Source: an uncultured Phycisphaerales bacterium
GTDB lineage: Bacteria; Planctomycetota; Phycisphaerae; Tepidisphaerales; Tepidisphaeraceae
DNA: 64,000 nt
Direction: 5' to 3'
NCBI GenBank assembly: GCA_963844715.1
Contig: CAWJPJ010000007.1
Location: 800,001 to 864,000 of the forward strand
Position 1 is the first letter of the stretch, and every line of letters starts with the position of its first letter. Below, one piece after another: positions 44,538 through 55,767 of this stretch. A program made the translations under genes and the position numbers. Below the pieces are notes generated by a model that was given only the letters and a program-made list of their open reading frames with translations, did not search any database and was not told the origin of the DNA.

Positions 44538-46048
44538 ATGCCAGTAAGAGAAAAAGGCAGTGCAAAACCGCGGCCGGCGAAGGTCGCCTCGGGCAAATCC
44601 GGGCGCGCGCTCCGTCGCATCTCCGCAGGCCCGTGCTGCTCGATCTCAAAAAACGCCCCGATTCCGGGGGCGCTGCGGGCTTCACCTATTCCAAAGCCCT
44701 GCGTTTTCTGGCGACTCTTAGCGATTACGAGCGCCTCCGCATCGTCCGCTATAACACCGATAATTTCAACCTCGACCGCATGCGGACCCTCCTCCGCAAG
44801 CTCGGAAACCCACAGGACCAATTCCGCAGCGTCCATATCGCCGGCACCAAAGGAAAAGGCAGCACTTCCGCCATGGTCGCCGCCATGCTCGAAGCCGCCG
44901 GGTACACCGTCGGGCTTTATACCAGCCCCCATCTGGTCGATGTTCGCGAGCGCATCCGCATCAACGGCGAGATGATCTCCCAGGCCGATTTTGCCCGCGC
45001 CGTCAAGGCGATCATGCCCCTGGTCGCCCGCAGCCGGCCGACGCCGACTTATTTCGACGTCCTCACCGCCATCGCGTTCAAATATTTCGCCGATCAAAAG
45101 GTCGAATTGCGCGTCATCGAAACCGGCCTGGGCGGCCGCCTCGACAGCACCAACGTCATCAAGCCCGAAGTCACCGCCATCACCAGCATCAGCCGCGACC
45201 ACATGGCCCAGCTTGGCCCGACCCTCGGCCATATCGCCACGGAAAAAGCCGGCATCTTCAAGCCCGGTATTCCCGCCGTCACCGTGCTTCAGGACCCCGA
45301 GGCCGAAGCCGCCCTCGTCAAGCGTCGCCGAAAAAGTCGGTGCGCACCCTCGACATCACCGGCAAAACAATCGAATTCAGCTACCGGTTCGAATCCAGCC
45401 GCATGCTCGGCCCGCATAACCGGGTCTGCCTCACCACGCCCAACAGCAAATTCGAGCACCTGGCCGTTCCCCTCATCGGCGAGCACCAGGCGATCAACTG
45501 CGGCCTGGCCCTCAGCATCATCGATCGTCTCAAAGGCCGCGGTATCGCCATCAACGACGCCCGCGCCATGGAAGGGCTGGCCAAAGTCACCCTCCCCGGC
45601 CGAATGGAGATGCTCAGCCAGACTCCGCGCGTCCTGGTCGACGGTGCCCACAACGCCGCCAGCCTCGATGCCATGATGAAAGCCATCGGCCAGCACATCC
45701 CCTACGACTCGATGGTCGTCATCTTCGGCTGCTGCGCCGACAAGGACGTCAGCCGGCATGCTCCAGCGCATCAGCAGCGGGGCGGACAAAGTCATCTTCA
45801 CGCGCGTCAACAGCATTCGCACCGCCGATCCCAACGAACTGGCCGCCCAGTACGTCGAACTCTACGGGAAAATGGCCCAGGTCGCCGTCGATCTCGACGA
45901 CGCTCTTGCCATCGCCAATCGAGCTGTCACCAAGGAAGACCTCATCTGCATCACCGGCAGCTTCTACCTCGTCGGCGAAGCCAAGAAGCTTTTCGCCGCC
46001 AAAGCCGCCGCTGCTGCCGCTGCTGCTGCCGCCGAATCGTCCGAATAG
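44538..46048 (+). CDS. folC: Folylpolyglutamate synthase/dihydrofolate synthase, several frameshifts
   Basis: HIAGTKGKGST, YTSPHL, ETGLGGRLDSTN, DGAHN, TGSFYLVGE. Confidence 0.93.
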
Positions 46049-46069
46049 CCCCCAATTCAGCGCACGCGC

Positions 46070-47242
46070 TTGCCGACGCTGGATCACATCCTCTTGGCAA
46101 CTTATCTCCTCCTCGGACCGGGCGTCGGGGCGGCGCTGACTTCGCTATTGCTCATTGGCCACCGCCGCATGAACCGCCTCCAGGCCGGCGCGTCTCCCCC
46201 AATCCCCTCGCCCGCTCCCCTGGCCACCATTCTCGTCCCGGCAAAAGATGAGGCCGAGCGAATCGAAACCTGCCTCACCGCCGCCCTCACCCAGGATTAT
46301 CCCAATTTCGAAATCATCGCCGTCGACGACCGCTCCACCGACGGCACCCCCGAAATCCTCGATCGCCTCGCCGAAAAATCCCCTCGCCTGACCGCTCTTC
46401 ACGTCCCCTCCGGCGATCTTCCCCAGGGCTGGGCCGGAAAAACCAACGCCCTCCACATGGCCGTCCCCAAGGCAAAGGGCGACTGGCTCCTCTTCATCGA
46501 TGCCGATGTGGTGGTAACCCCGATCCTGCTGTCGCGATTATTGAATTTGGCTGCCGCGCGATCCTACGACGCCGTCTCTCTGCTCACCGCGATCCATTGC
46601 AATTCGATGTTGCAGAAGGCGGTCCTTCCCGCCGCGGCCGGCGTCTGGGGAATGATGCACCTCGTCTCGGTCACCAACAACGACAGCCGGAAAAGTTTCG
46701 CCGTCGCCAACGGCCAGGTTTTTCTCATCCGCCGCTCGGCCTACGAATCCGTCGGCGGCCACGCCGCCGTACGCCTCGAACTCGCCGAAGACGTCCAGCT
46801 CATGCGCAAGCTCAAGTCCGCCGGTTTCCGCACCCGCCTCTTCCACGGAAACACCCTCGCCACCACCCACATGTACGGCACCACCCGCCAGGCCATCCGC
46901 GGCTGGGCCAGAATCTACGCCACCACCAACCGCCTGCAAACCCACGCAATCCTCGCCGCACTGGCCATCCTGTCGATCTCGGCGCTCATTTTCTGGCCGG
47001 CGATGGTCTTCGGCATCGCCGCCGCGCATCCAGGTTGGATTCTCGCCGCCGCTCTTCACGCCGCCATCATGGCCCTCTGGCTCGCGCTCCTCTATGGCTG
47101 GAGTAACAACCCGCGCCGCTACGCCGCCGCCGCGCCGGCGACCTTCCTCGTCGTTCTCTCGATTTTGGTTTACGCCCTACGGATGTGCGTTACCGGCCGA
47201 ATCTCCTGGCGAAATACGCAATACGCCCTTCATTCGGGTTGA
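46070..47242 (+). CDS. Membrane GT2 glycosyltransferase (HpnB/CrtQ-like)
   Basis: VPAKDE, DDRSTDGT, GWAGK, FIDAD, AEDV, C-terminal TM helices and ISWR. Confidence 0.85.
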   Translation: MPTLDHILLATYLLLGPGVGAALTSLLLIGHRRMNRLQAGASPPIPSPAPLATILVPAKDEAERIETCLTAALTQDYPNFEIIAVDDRSTDGTPEILDRLAEKSPRLTALHVPSGDLPQGWAGKTNALHMAVPKAKGDWLLFIDADVVVTPILLSRLLNLAAARSYDAVSLLTAIHCNSMLQKAVLPAAAGVWGMMHLVSVTNNDSRKSFAVANGQVFLIRRSAYESVGGHAAVRLELAEDVQLMRKLKSAGFRTRLFHGNTLATTHMYGTTRQAIRGWARIYATTNRLQTHAILAALAILSISALIFWPAMVFGIAAAHPGWILAAALHAAIMALWLALLYGWSNNPRRYAAAAPATFLVVLSILVYALRMCVTGRISWRNTQYALHSG

Positions 47243-47293
47243 AGAAATCGAATCAATAAAGTCGACTCGCTGAAATCCGCCGCACCCTTTTAT

Positions 47294-47332
47294 CCCCTCT
47301 CCCGGTACTCCGGGGGAGGGCTAGGGAGGGGG
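47294..47332. repeat. REP-like element, family C
   Basis: cccctctcccggtactccgggggagggctagggaggggg. Confidence 0.8.
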
Positions 47333-47393
47333 CATCCGTGCGATCCAGACGGGATCCGCATACGATAATTCCATCGGTCTGGTGGTGATGGTC

Positions 47394-47744
47394 ATGACCA
47401 TTCAAACGCTCAAAATTGCCGGGAAGCGATTCGTGATTCTCGAAGAGCGCGATTTTCGCCGAATCGAGCGGCGGGCGGCGATTTCGCGCGATCGTGGATT
47501 TCCGTCGCTCCCCGACGCTCTTCCTGACGGAAATTATCCCGCCGTCGAAGCGATGCGAGCGGGCCTGGCGCACCGGTTGATTCGCGACCGCCGCGCCGTC
47601 GGTCTAACGCAAGCTGAGCTGGCCCACCGCGCTCGCATTGCCCCCGAGACCCTCAATCGGATCGAAAAAGGCCGGATTACCCCCAACATGGCCACGTTGG
47701 CAAAAATCGATCACGCGCTAACGAACGCGGAAGAACGGGGATGA
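47394..47744 (+). CDS. XRE-family HTH regulator / antitoxin-like protein
   Basis: RRAVGLTQAELAHRARIAPETLNRIEKG. Confidence 0.85.
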   Translation: MTIQTLKIAGKRFVILEERDFRRIERRAAISRDRGFPSLPDALPDGNYPAVEAMRAGLAHRLIRDRRAVGLTQAELAHRARIAPETLNRIEKGRITPNMATLAKIDHALTNAEERG

Positions 47745-47897
47745 ATTCCTCGATTTGATTGCGAGCGCCCGGGAAGGTCCCTGTTAATCCCGAACGTCGC
47801 GTTCCACGCAGTCTCCATCTTCCGCGCGGGAAAATCTCCCGGCGCGGAACGCACCATGCAATTCGCGATTCGCAAAAATCCGCCTGAGAAATCATCC

Positions 47898-49436
47898 TCA
47901 CGATTTAGGCAATTCCGCAGCTCGCCGCCGCCGCGCCAGCAGCATCATCGAGGCGATGCTCGCCAGCGCAAACGTCCCGGGCTCCGGGACCGCTGCGATC
48001 GGACCGCCGAGCAGCACCGTCGGGTCATCGCTTCCCGACAGCAGTGTCGGCACCGCCGTCGTGTAGATGGGATTGACCGTCGTGCTGAACGTATCATCCG
48101 CCTCCTCGCTGACGTTATGTCCGCTGCTGCTCTTCAGGTTCGACAGCGAATCCGGAATCGCCGTTCCCTCGATCGTCACGTTGCTGAAATAGGTTCCTGA
48201 GGCGTAATACATCTTCAGTGCGCTGCTCACCGAATTCATCGTGACGTTGATCAGGTTCAGCCCGGTAATATCCGCCGGGCTGCTGTTCAACCCGTAGACG
48301 TCCGCCGCCCCGCCCGTCGCCGTGCCGACCTTCATATTTTCGATCGTCACGTTCTCCCAGAACGGCTCGGTTGCATCGTTCGGCGCCGTCGGCGCCGGAA
48401 TGCTCGGGTAATTGCTCCCCCCGTTGTTGTAATAGCTGTCGATCCCGATCACGTCGTCCACGTTGTTCACCGAGATGTTGTTGAAGGTCACGTTCTGGAC
48501 CACGCCGCCGTTTTCGGTGTTCGCGGTGGTCCCGTCTCCCGCCTTCAGATGGATCGCCCACGAACTCGACGACGATGCCGGATCGAAGGTGACGTTGTTC
48601 ACGAACATGCCGTTCAGCCCCGCGTTCGTCTGTCCGCCGATCGAAATCCCGTGGCCGTTGGTGATCGTGCAGTTCTGGATGTAAATATTCCCGCACTTCG
48701 TGGTCTCCGGCTTGGCCACAATGTCGTCGTCCCCGTCGGAAATGCTGCAATTCTCGATCAGGAAATTAGTGCCCGAAAAATCGATTCCGTCCGTGTTCGA
48801 TTGGATCTTGGAATCCGAAATGTTCACGTCGTTGATCAGCACGCTGGTATCGTTCTCCGCCACCAGGTGTTCCTGCGACGAATTCACTATCGAGACGTTG
48901 TACACCTCGAGATTGGTTATATTCTCGAGGATGCACATGTGATTGCTGCCGGTGCTCGTCGCGTTGTCGTTAATGGTTCCGCCCCCGCCGATCGCCACGT
49001 TCTCGGTCGTTCCCGCGATCGTGTCGATGAACGTGCTTTTCGGGGTCAGGTTCTCGATCGTCGCCCCGGTGGCGATGTCCAAGTCCGTGTTATTCCCGAT
49101 CAGCAGTTCATCCGTCCCGTAAGAATCCCCGTTGCTCGGCTTGGGGATCAACACGGTGCCCCCGCCGTGCGACGCCGCGTACGACAGAAAATCGTTGATT
49201 ACCGTCGTGTTGTTAAACGAAGTGTTGTCGGCCTCGGCAACCGCGCCCCCGTCGATGGCCGAATTCGACACCGTCACGTTGTAGGTCGTCGACCCGATGT
49301 CAGGAAGCTGAATGCTGTACCCCATCGCCGGTTTGCAAACGAAAACCGCGGCCCCCACGGCCGCCGCCCCCGTGATCAGACTCAACCGACGTCCATATTT
49401 CCACGACTTATCCGATGATTGGCTGACAATGCACAT
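47898..49436 (-). CDS. GH28 polygalacturonase-family protein with PEP-CTERM sorting signal
   Basis: NTDGID, GDDDI, GHG and HLK motifs; C-terminal VPEP-TM-RRRR; RBS ggagag. Confidence 0.88.
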   Translation of the reverse strand: MCIVSQSSDKSWKYGRRLSLITGAAAVGAAVFVCKPAMGYSIQLPDIGSTTYNVTVSNSAIDGGAVAEADNTSFNNTTVINDFLSYAASHGGGTVLIPKPSNGDSYGTDELLIGNNTDLDIATGATIENLTPKSTFIDTIAGTTENVAIGGGGTINDNATSTGSNHMCILENITNLEVYNVSIVNSSQEHLVAENDTSVLINDVNISDSKIQSNTDGIDFSGTNFLIENCSISDGDDDIVAKPETTKCGNIYIQNCTITNGHGISIGGQTNAGLNGMFVNNVTFDPASSSSSWAIHLKAGDGTTANTENGGVVQNVTFNNISVNNVDDVIGIDSYYNNGGSNYPSIPAPTAPNDATEPFWENVTIENMKVGTATGGAADVYGLNSSPADITGLNLINVTMNSVSSALKMYYASGTYFSNVTIEGTAIPDSLSNLKSSSGHNVSEEADDTFSTTVNPIYTTAVPTLLSGSDDPTVLLGGPIAAVPEPGTFALASIASMMLLARRRRAAELPKS

Positions 49437-49726
49437 GGTCTCTCTCCGCCTGAAGTGAATAAAAAGTATCCACGCACCAACCGCGCCGGCGCCGAAGGTC
49501 CCGTACCTCCGTAGATTTTTTACAAAAACTCCGCCTGCCAAGCGTTCCGCAAGCGCGAAATCACCTAGGCAGTTACGACTTGATTTGAAATTGATGAGCC
49601 CGACGAAAGGCTTACCACAACTGGTCGGAAGCCCACCCTACAACACTATAAGGAATTTACTTGTATGATAATTTCTTTGCAAGATGAATAAATGACTACG
49701 ATAAATTTTTCCGCGCGCTGCGCAAG

Positions 49727-51163
49727 CTAAGCCCTCAAGGCTTGCGCCATTTGCGCGACCACGCTCTCCCAGTCGCCTCCCAACTCCTGACGGAATAACC
49801 GCATCGTGGGATACCACGGACTATCCGATCGATTCAGCAGCCACCGAAAATCCGAAAGATAAGGAATCAGCACCCACACCGGCTTCCCCATCGCCCCGGC
49901 AAGATGCGCCACCGACGTGTCCACGGAAATGACCAAATCCAGATTTTCAATCAGCGCCGCCGTATCCGCAAAATCGTTCAGGTCCGCCGTATGGTCGATC
50001 AGTTCCAAGCCCTCGGGCGGCGGCTGATTCCCCTCGGGTCCCTTCTGCAAACTGTAAAATCGCAACCCGGCGATTCCCGCCAGCGGCGCAAAAACGCCGA
50101 TCTCGCGTGTGCGGTTCCTCGGTTCCGCCGCCGACCCCGCCCAACGGAGCCCGATATTGCGCTTCCCGTCCCGGGGAATTCGCTCTCTCCACCGCTCCAC
50201 ATCCTGCCGAGGCGCCCGAAGGTAGGGAACCGCATTCGGAATGTTCTCCAATCTAATTCCCAAAATCCGCGGTAAACTAAAAAGCGAAATTCGCGAGTCG
50301 AACGCCGGCAGAGGATTCCCGCGCACGACCATTTGATCCACGCCGGGCAGACCCTCAAATAATCTCGACAATTCAGCCTGGCATTCCAAAATCAATTTTC
50401 CAACTCGATCCCGCCCTTGCTGATGAGCCGAATGAAATGAATCGCGTCCCCGGCGCCCCCTTCGGTATAGACCAGGAGCGTTCCATTCTCCATCGGGTCG
50501 CCGTTCCAGAATCGCTGCGGGAAATCGCGGCCCAGCTTCGGGTTTGTCAGCAGCAATCTCCATTCAAACTTCTCCCACCCTTCCGCAAACTCCCCCAGCG
50601 TCAGCAGCAGCACCCCCAGATTCCACTGCGCATCCACGCAATTCGCATCCAGCGCGATCGCTCGCCGATAAGCCGCGATCGATTCATCAAACCGTCCGCT
50701 TTCCCGAAGCGCGATCCCCAGATTCGCGTGATGCTGAGCCCGATTCGGATCCAGCCCAATGGCCCGCCGATACGCCGCCACTGCTTCCTCGAGTTTTCCC
50801 GCATTGCGCGAGCACGCTCCCCAGGTTGCTATGCGCCGTCGCCACGTCCGGCCTGAGCGCGATCGCCTTGGTAAATGCCGCGATCACCTCCTTGGCCGGA
50901 CCCTTGCCGCGCAGCACAACCCCAAGGTTGTAATGCGCCTCAGCCCAATCCGGCCTAATCGCAATCGCCCGCCGCAAAAAATCCGCCGCAACGTCATCCC
51001 GTCCCAATCGGTGCTCAATCAATCCCAGGAGATGCAATCCTTCGGCGAACTCCGGCCGCTGCGCCACAATCTGCTTGCAGACGCGCTCAGCCTCCCCCAA
51101 ACGCCCGGCGCGATGATGCCGCAGCGCCAATTCGTAAGCCTGCTCGATCGTCATCTCAGACAT
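49727..51163 (-). CDS. TPR protein with GT9-like C-terminal domain, frameshifted
   Basis: TPR repeats; EGGAGDAIHF.R; DFADTAALIENLDLVISVDTSVAHLAGA; SPWYPTMRLFRQ. Confidence 0.85.
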
Positions 51164-51201
51164 GACCGACGTTTACCCAAAGGCGCAAGTATTATGTGAA
51201 T

Positions 51202-52374
51202 TCAACTCAAAGGCAGCTTCCGCGCCGTGGCAAGAAAATTCTGGTAATTCGCCCGCACCTCGAGCAGCGAATCCCCCGCGAACTTATCCAAAAACGCCCG
51301 CGCAATCTCAAACGCCACCACGTTCTCCATGATCACCGACGCCGCGCTGATCGCCGAAACATCGCTCCGCTCCCATCCCGCTTCCGAGGTTTGCTTCGTA
51401 TTCAAATCCACGCTCCGCAGCGGCTTGCCGAGTGTGCTGATCGGCTTCATCGCCCCGCGCACCACCACCGGCTTCCCGTTGGTCATCCCTCCCTCAAGTC
51501 CCCCCGCGTTATTCGTCCCGCGCACAAATCCCAAACTCGGCGTCCCGCTCAACGCCGGATCAAAATCAATCTGATCGTGCACCTGCGACCCCGGCAACCG
51601 CGCCGCCGCAAATCCCATCCCAAACTCGACTCCCTTGAATGCCTGAATGCTCGCCACCGCCGCCGCGATCCGCCCGTCCAGTCTGAGATTTCCGGCCATG
51701 CAACTCCCCAACCCGATCGGGCACCCGAACACATGGGCCTCGACGATTCCGCCGGCTGTATCCTTCGCCATCTTCTGATCGTTGATGAACGCCCGCATCG
51801 CCGCGTCCGCCGCCGCATCCGGGCAATACACTTCCGACGCATCCCGCGCCGCCAGAAGCTGCGGATAATTCTCCGGCGTCACTGCGAAATTCCCCTCCGC
51901 CGACCCTACTGCCCTCACAAACCCAAACACCTCGATCCCAAACTCTTTCAGCAAACACCGCGACAGGGCTCCCGCCGCCACCCGCGCCGCCGTCTCCCGC
52001 GCGCTGGCCCGCTCGAGCGTCTCCCGGCAATCCGTCGTCAGCCATTTCACCGACCCCGCCAAATCCGCATGCCCCGGCCGCGGGCGATACAAGGGCGGCG
52101 TCGCCGTAAGATCGTCCAGCCGCGCATCCTTATTCACGATCTCCATCGCCACCGGCGACCCGATCGTCTTCCCCATCCGCACCCCCGACAAAATCTCCGC
52201 ATGATCCGTCTCGATCTTCTGACGCCCCCCGCGCCCATACCCGCCCTGGCGGCGACGCAATTCGCCGTCGATGAACAGGTTATCCACAGGAATTCCCGCC
52301 GGCAGACCCTCCACCAGTGAGATCAACGCCTTCCCATGCGATTCTCCCGCCGTTCGATAGCTCAAATCACTCAT
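51202..52374 (-). CDS. aroC: Chorismate synthase
   Basis: TAGESHG, RPGHAD, ERASARETA, GGLEGGMTNG, MKPISTL, RSD. Confidence 0.97.
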   Translation of the reverse strand: MSDLSYRTAGESHGKALISLVEGLPAGIPVDNLFIDGELRRRQGGYGRGGRQKIETDHAEILSGVRMGKTIGSPVAMEIVNKDARLDDLTATPPLYRPRPGHADLAGSVKWLTTDCRETLERASARETAARVAAGALSRCLLKEFGIEVFGFVRAVGSAEGNFAVTPENYPQLLAARDASEVYCPDAAADAAMRAFINDQKMAKDTAGGIVEAHVFGCPIGLGSCMAGNLRLDGRIAAAVASIQAFKGVEFGMGFAAARLPGSQVHDQIDFDPALSGTPSLGFVRGTNNAGGLEGGMTNGKPVVVRGAMKPISTLGKPLRSVDLNTKQTSEAGWERSDVSAISAASVIMENVVAFEIARAFLDKFAGDSLLEVRANYQNFLATARKLPLS

Positions 52375-52563
52375 GGAGCTTGGCATCCTAACAAACCTCC
52401 ATTAAATTGTCCCCGAACCGCGCCGGCAACACATCGATATGCGCAAATTTTGCGCTCTTTGCATCCTTAACCCGTGGACGGAATGTTAAGGATTAAGTAG
52501 TCTCATTCTTTCGTCACATCTTGACCTGCTAAGGGTGATGTGGGAGCTTGCGCGACTCTTTTA

Positions 52564-53976
52564 ATGGCCACGACAATTCCCAATTCCGATCCGGTTTCCG
52601 CCGAAGTGAATCCGCAAAACGGCGGCAGCGGTTTCGGCCTGGCGACTCGCCATGTCTGTCCATTCTGCGGAATGGTTTTGGAAATTCAGGAAGGTCCCTG
52701 CCCCCGCTGCGCTCTCGACGACACGCCGCAAACGCGCCAATCCACCCGCTCGCGCCTCGGGCCCTGGTACGTCCTCCAAACCCGAAACCCCTACGCGCCG
52801 GGAATGAAATACAACACACTCCTGGCCCTCGTCCGTCGCGGCCAGGTCACTCCCAAGTCCGTCATCCGCGGCCCAACCACTCAGCAGTTCTGGCGCTTCG
52901 CCGGCCGCGTCAAGGGAATCAGCCGCGAGTTCGGCCTCTGCTGGTCCTGCGCGGGGCAAGTCCAATCCGTCCCAGGAAATTGCCCGCATTGCGGCAAGGG
53001 CCAGGAACTTCCTCCCAATCCCGACGTCCTCTTTGAAGGCGACAGCTCCAGCAAAACTCTCTACGTCGACGTCAGCCCCAAGTCCGGCGCCGTCTCATCC
53101 AACCCCGGCCTGCCCGAAGCCTCTCCCGCCCCCGCCAGCGATCTTCCCGGCTTCGAAATCCGCAGCCCCAAGCCCATTCCCTCCGCCGCCGCCACCATGG
53201 CCATCAACGCCGGCCTCCCCAATCCGGAAAACGCGCCCCCCGAACTCCGCTCCCGGCCGCTTCAGCAGACACGCGAGAAAATCCTCTCCGCCAAGGAATT
53301 GGCCGCCGCGTTCAGTCTTCAATACAACCCCAACTCCGATGCGCCGCCCGCGCCCGCCAAACCCAAAGGCAAAAATCATCTCATCGCCGCCGCCGCAATT
53401 CTCGTGGCTGTCGGCGTGGGCCTGGCCATGATGAACCCAACCTCGCGCAACGCGATTCTCGGCTTGCTCGGCACCAATGTTCACACTTCTCCGCCGCCCA
53501 CCGCCGCCGCTCAGAATCCGAATCTCGACGATCAATCCGCCTTGGAACATTTCCGCCCCGATTGGGCCATGAAGCCGCCGGTCACGCCACCCGCTGACGC
53601 CACGCCCGCGCCCGCCGTCGCGCCGCAGCAGGACACCCAAGACCAGCAGCAGCCCGCCCAACCGCAGCAGGAGCCGCAACCCCAACCCCAACCGCAGCCC
53701 CAACCCCAGGACAACCCAGCTCCCGCCGAGGCGACCGTTCAAACTCCCGTCGACACGTCATCCCTGACCAACAATTCCAGCCAGGACCTGGACGCCCTGG
53801 CGATGCGTCTTCGCTCCAGCGGCCTCGACGCCGAGGCCCGCCACGATTACGCCGCCGCGCAATATTTCTACGAACAGATCGAAAAGCTTCCCAAAGACCA
53901 CTGGCCCGCCGATACCGATTCGCTCCTGAAAAACGCCCAGAAAATGAACCAATCGGCGGCCGGCGGCCAGCAATAA
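52564..53976 (+). CDS. Membrane-anchored hypothetical protein with two double zinc ribbons and a Pro/Gln-rich linker
   Basis: CPFCG..CPRC, CWSC..CPHCG; GPWY...IRGPTTQQFW; single TM; PQ repeats. Confidence 0.7.
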   Translation: MATTIPNSDPVSAEVNPQNGGSGFGLATRHVCPFCGMVLEIQEGPCPRCALDDTPQTRQSTRSRLGPWYVLQTRNPYAPGMKYNTLLALVRRGQVTPKSVIRGPTTQQFWRFAGRVKGISREFGLCWSCAGQVQSVPGNCPHCGKGQELPPNPDVLFEGDSSSKTLYVDVSPKSGAVSSNPGLPEASPAPASDLPGFEIRSPKPIPSAAATMAINAGLPNPENAPPELRSRPLQQTREKILSAKELAAAFSLQYNPNSDAPPAPAKPKGKNHLIAAAAILVAVGVGLAMMNPTSRNAILGLLGTNVHTSPPPTAAAQNPNLDDQSALEHFRPDWAMKPPVTPPADATPAPAVAPQQDTQDQQQPAQPQQEPQPQPQPQPQPQDNPAPAEATVQTPVDTSSLTNNSSQDLDALAMRLRSSGLDAEARHDYAAAQYFYEQIEKLPKDHWPADTDSLLKNAQKMNQSAAGGQQ

Positions 53977-53995
53977 CCGGCGGGCAGACTCCACC

Positions 53996-54511
53996 ATGCA
54001 AGACCTCAAAAAACTCATCCGCGACGTCCCCGACTTCCCCAAACCCGGCATCCTCTTCCGAGACATCACGCCCCTCCTGGCCGACCCCTCGGGCCTGGCC
54101 CTCTCCGTGGAACTCATGGCCAGCCCCTTCCGAGGCAAGCACATCGACCTGGTCATCGGCGCCGAAAGCCGCGGCTTCATCTTCGGCACCGCCGTCGCCA
54201 TGTGCCTCTCCGCAGGCTTTGGCCTGGTCCGCAAACCCGGCAAGCTGCCGCATAAGAGAGTCAGCCAAACCTACGACCTCGAATACGGCACCGACACGCT
54301 CGAGATGCACGCCGACGCCATCATCCGAGGCCAGCGCGTCCTCATCGTCGACGACGTCCTCGCCACCGGCGGCACCATGAAAGCCTGCGTGGACCTCGTT
54401 CGTCAACTGGGCGGCGACCTCATCGGCATCGCCGTCCTCATCGAACTCCTGGTCCTAAACGGCCGAGAAAAAATCGCACCCCTCCCGCTGCATTCGGTTT
54501 TGCAGTATTAG
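53996..54511 (+). CDS. apt: Adenine phosphoribosyltransferase
   Basis: DFPKPGILFRDIT, ESRGF, RKPGKLP, VDDVLATGGT. Confidence 0.97.
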   Translation: MQDLKKLIRDVPDFPKPGILFRDITPLLADPSGLALSVELMASPFRGKHIDLVIGAESRGFIFGTAVAMCLSAGFGLVRKPGKLPHKRVSQTYDLEYGTDTLEMHADAIIRGQRVLIVDDVLATGGTMKACVDLVRQLGGDLIGIAVLIELLVLNGREKIAPLPLHSVLQY

Positions 54512-54520
54512 CTGCCAGTC

Positions 54521-55767
54521 GTGTCAGAGCCCCTATTAGCATTACTCCAGCTGGCCGCCGATCGGCTCCGGGCCCGCGACGTGCGCCAGGCCGCCGACAT
54601 CTACCAAAAAATCCTCTCCAAGAATCCGAACCAGCGCGAAGCCCTCGCGGGCCTCGGCACCGTCCACTACGCCGCCGGCGACTACCCTCGGGCCGTCACT
54701 CTTCTCGCCCAGGCCGCCAAAATCGGAGACTTCTCCCCCGAAATTCACGTCAACCTCGGCATGGCACTCCTCGCCGTCGGGCAACTCGACGCCGCCCTCG
54801 CGGAAATGCAAGCGGTCGTCGACCGCCATCCCGACATGGCTTCGGCTCGGCTAGGTTGCGCCACCGCGCGTGCGCCAAGGGCCAAATCGCCGGTGCGATC
54901 GAGCACATGCGCCACGCCGTCCGCCTCCATCCTCAGGCAAGCATCGCCGTCCAACTTGCCGACCTGCTCGACATCGGCGGCCGGCGCCGCGAGGCCATCG
55001 AAGTCTTTCAGCGCGCCGTCGCCGGCATCACGCCCCCCGTCGATTGGCTATGCCGCCTCGCCGAAATGCTTCTGGCCGACCATCAATGCGACGCCGCTCT
55101 TGAAACCTACCGCCAGGCCGTGGAAATCGCCCCTGAAAACGCCGCTGTCCGCGCCCTCCTGGCCAACGCGCGTCAGCTATCAGCGTGAGTTCGACGAAGG
55201 CATCGCCCAGCTCCGCCGCGCCGTCGATCTCGCGCCCCAGGACCCCGCCATCCGCAGCGCCCTCCTCATGGCCCTGCTCCATCACAAAGACACCCAGCCG
55301 CGTGACTTTCTAACCGAGGCCAAAACCTGGAGCGCCCGGCACGTCAAACGCCCGCCCACGCCTCCGCGATATGAAAACACCCGCGACCCAGACCGCCCGC
55401 TTCGCGTCGGCTACCTCTCGACGTTCTTCCGATTCTCCGCCGAGGCTCACTACCTCCTCCCCATCCTCCAGCATCATGACACCGCCAATGTCGAAGTCTT
55501 CTGCTACCCCACGGGAAACATTTCCGATTCCGTCACCGAGCGCTGCGCCGCGCATCCAAAAATTGGCGTCCCCTCCACGGCGTCGATGACGCCGCCGCCC
55601 ACGATCTCATCCGCGCCGACCAAATCGACATCCTCGTCACCCTTGATAACCACCTCCAGGACAACCGCCTCCCTCTCCTGACGCGCAAACCCGCCCCCAT
55701 CTGCGTCACCTGGCTACTCTCCGCCGCCACCACCGGCTGCGACGCCATCGACTACCGTCGGTCATAA
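54521..55767 (+). pseudogene. TPR O-GlcNAc transferase (SPINDLY/GT41-like), 3'-truncated at the repeat
   Basis: TPRs, RPLRVGYLS, RADQIDIL, RKPAPI.VTWL...TTG.DAIDYR, then TAA inside the repeat; second catalytic lobe missing. Confidence 0.8.

Noticed and set aside
45995..46035. GCC/GCT run encoding a poly-Ala tail of FolC; PQ repeat at about 53670-53710
   Set aside because: Ordinary low-complexity coding sequence
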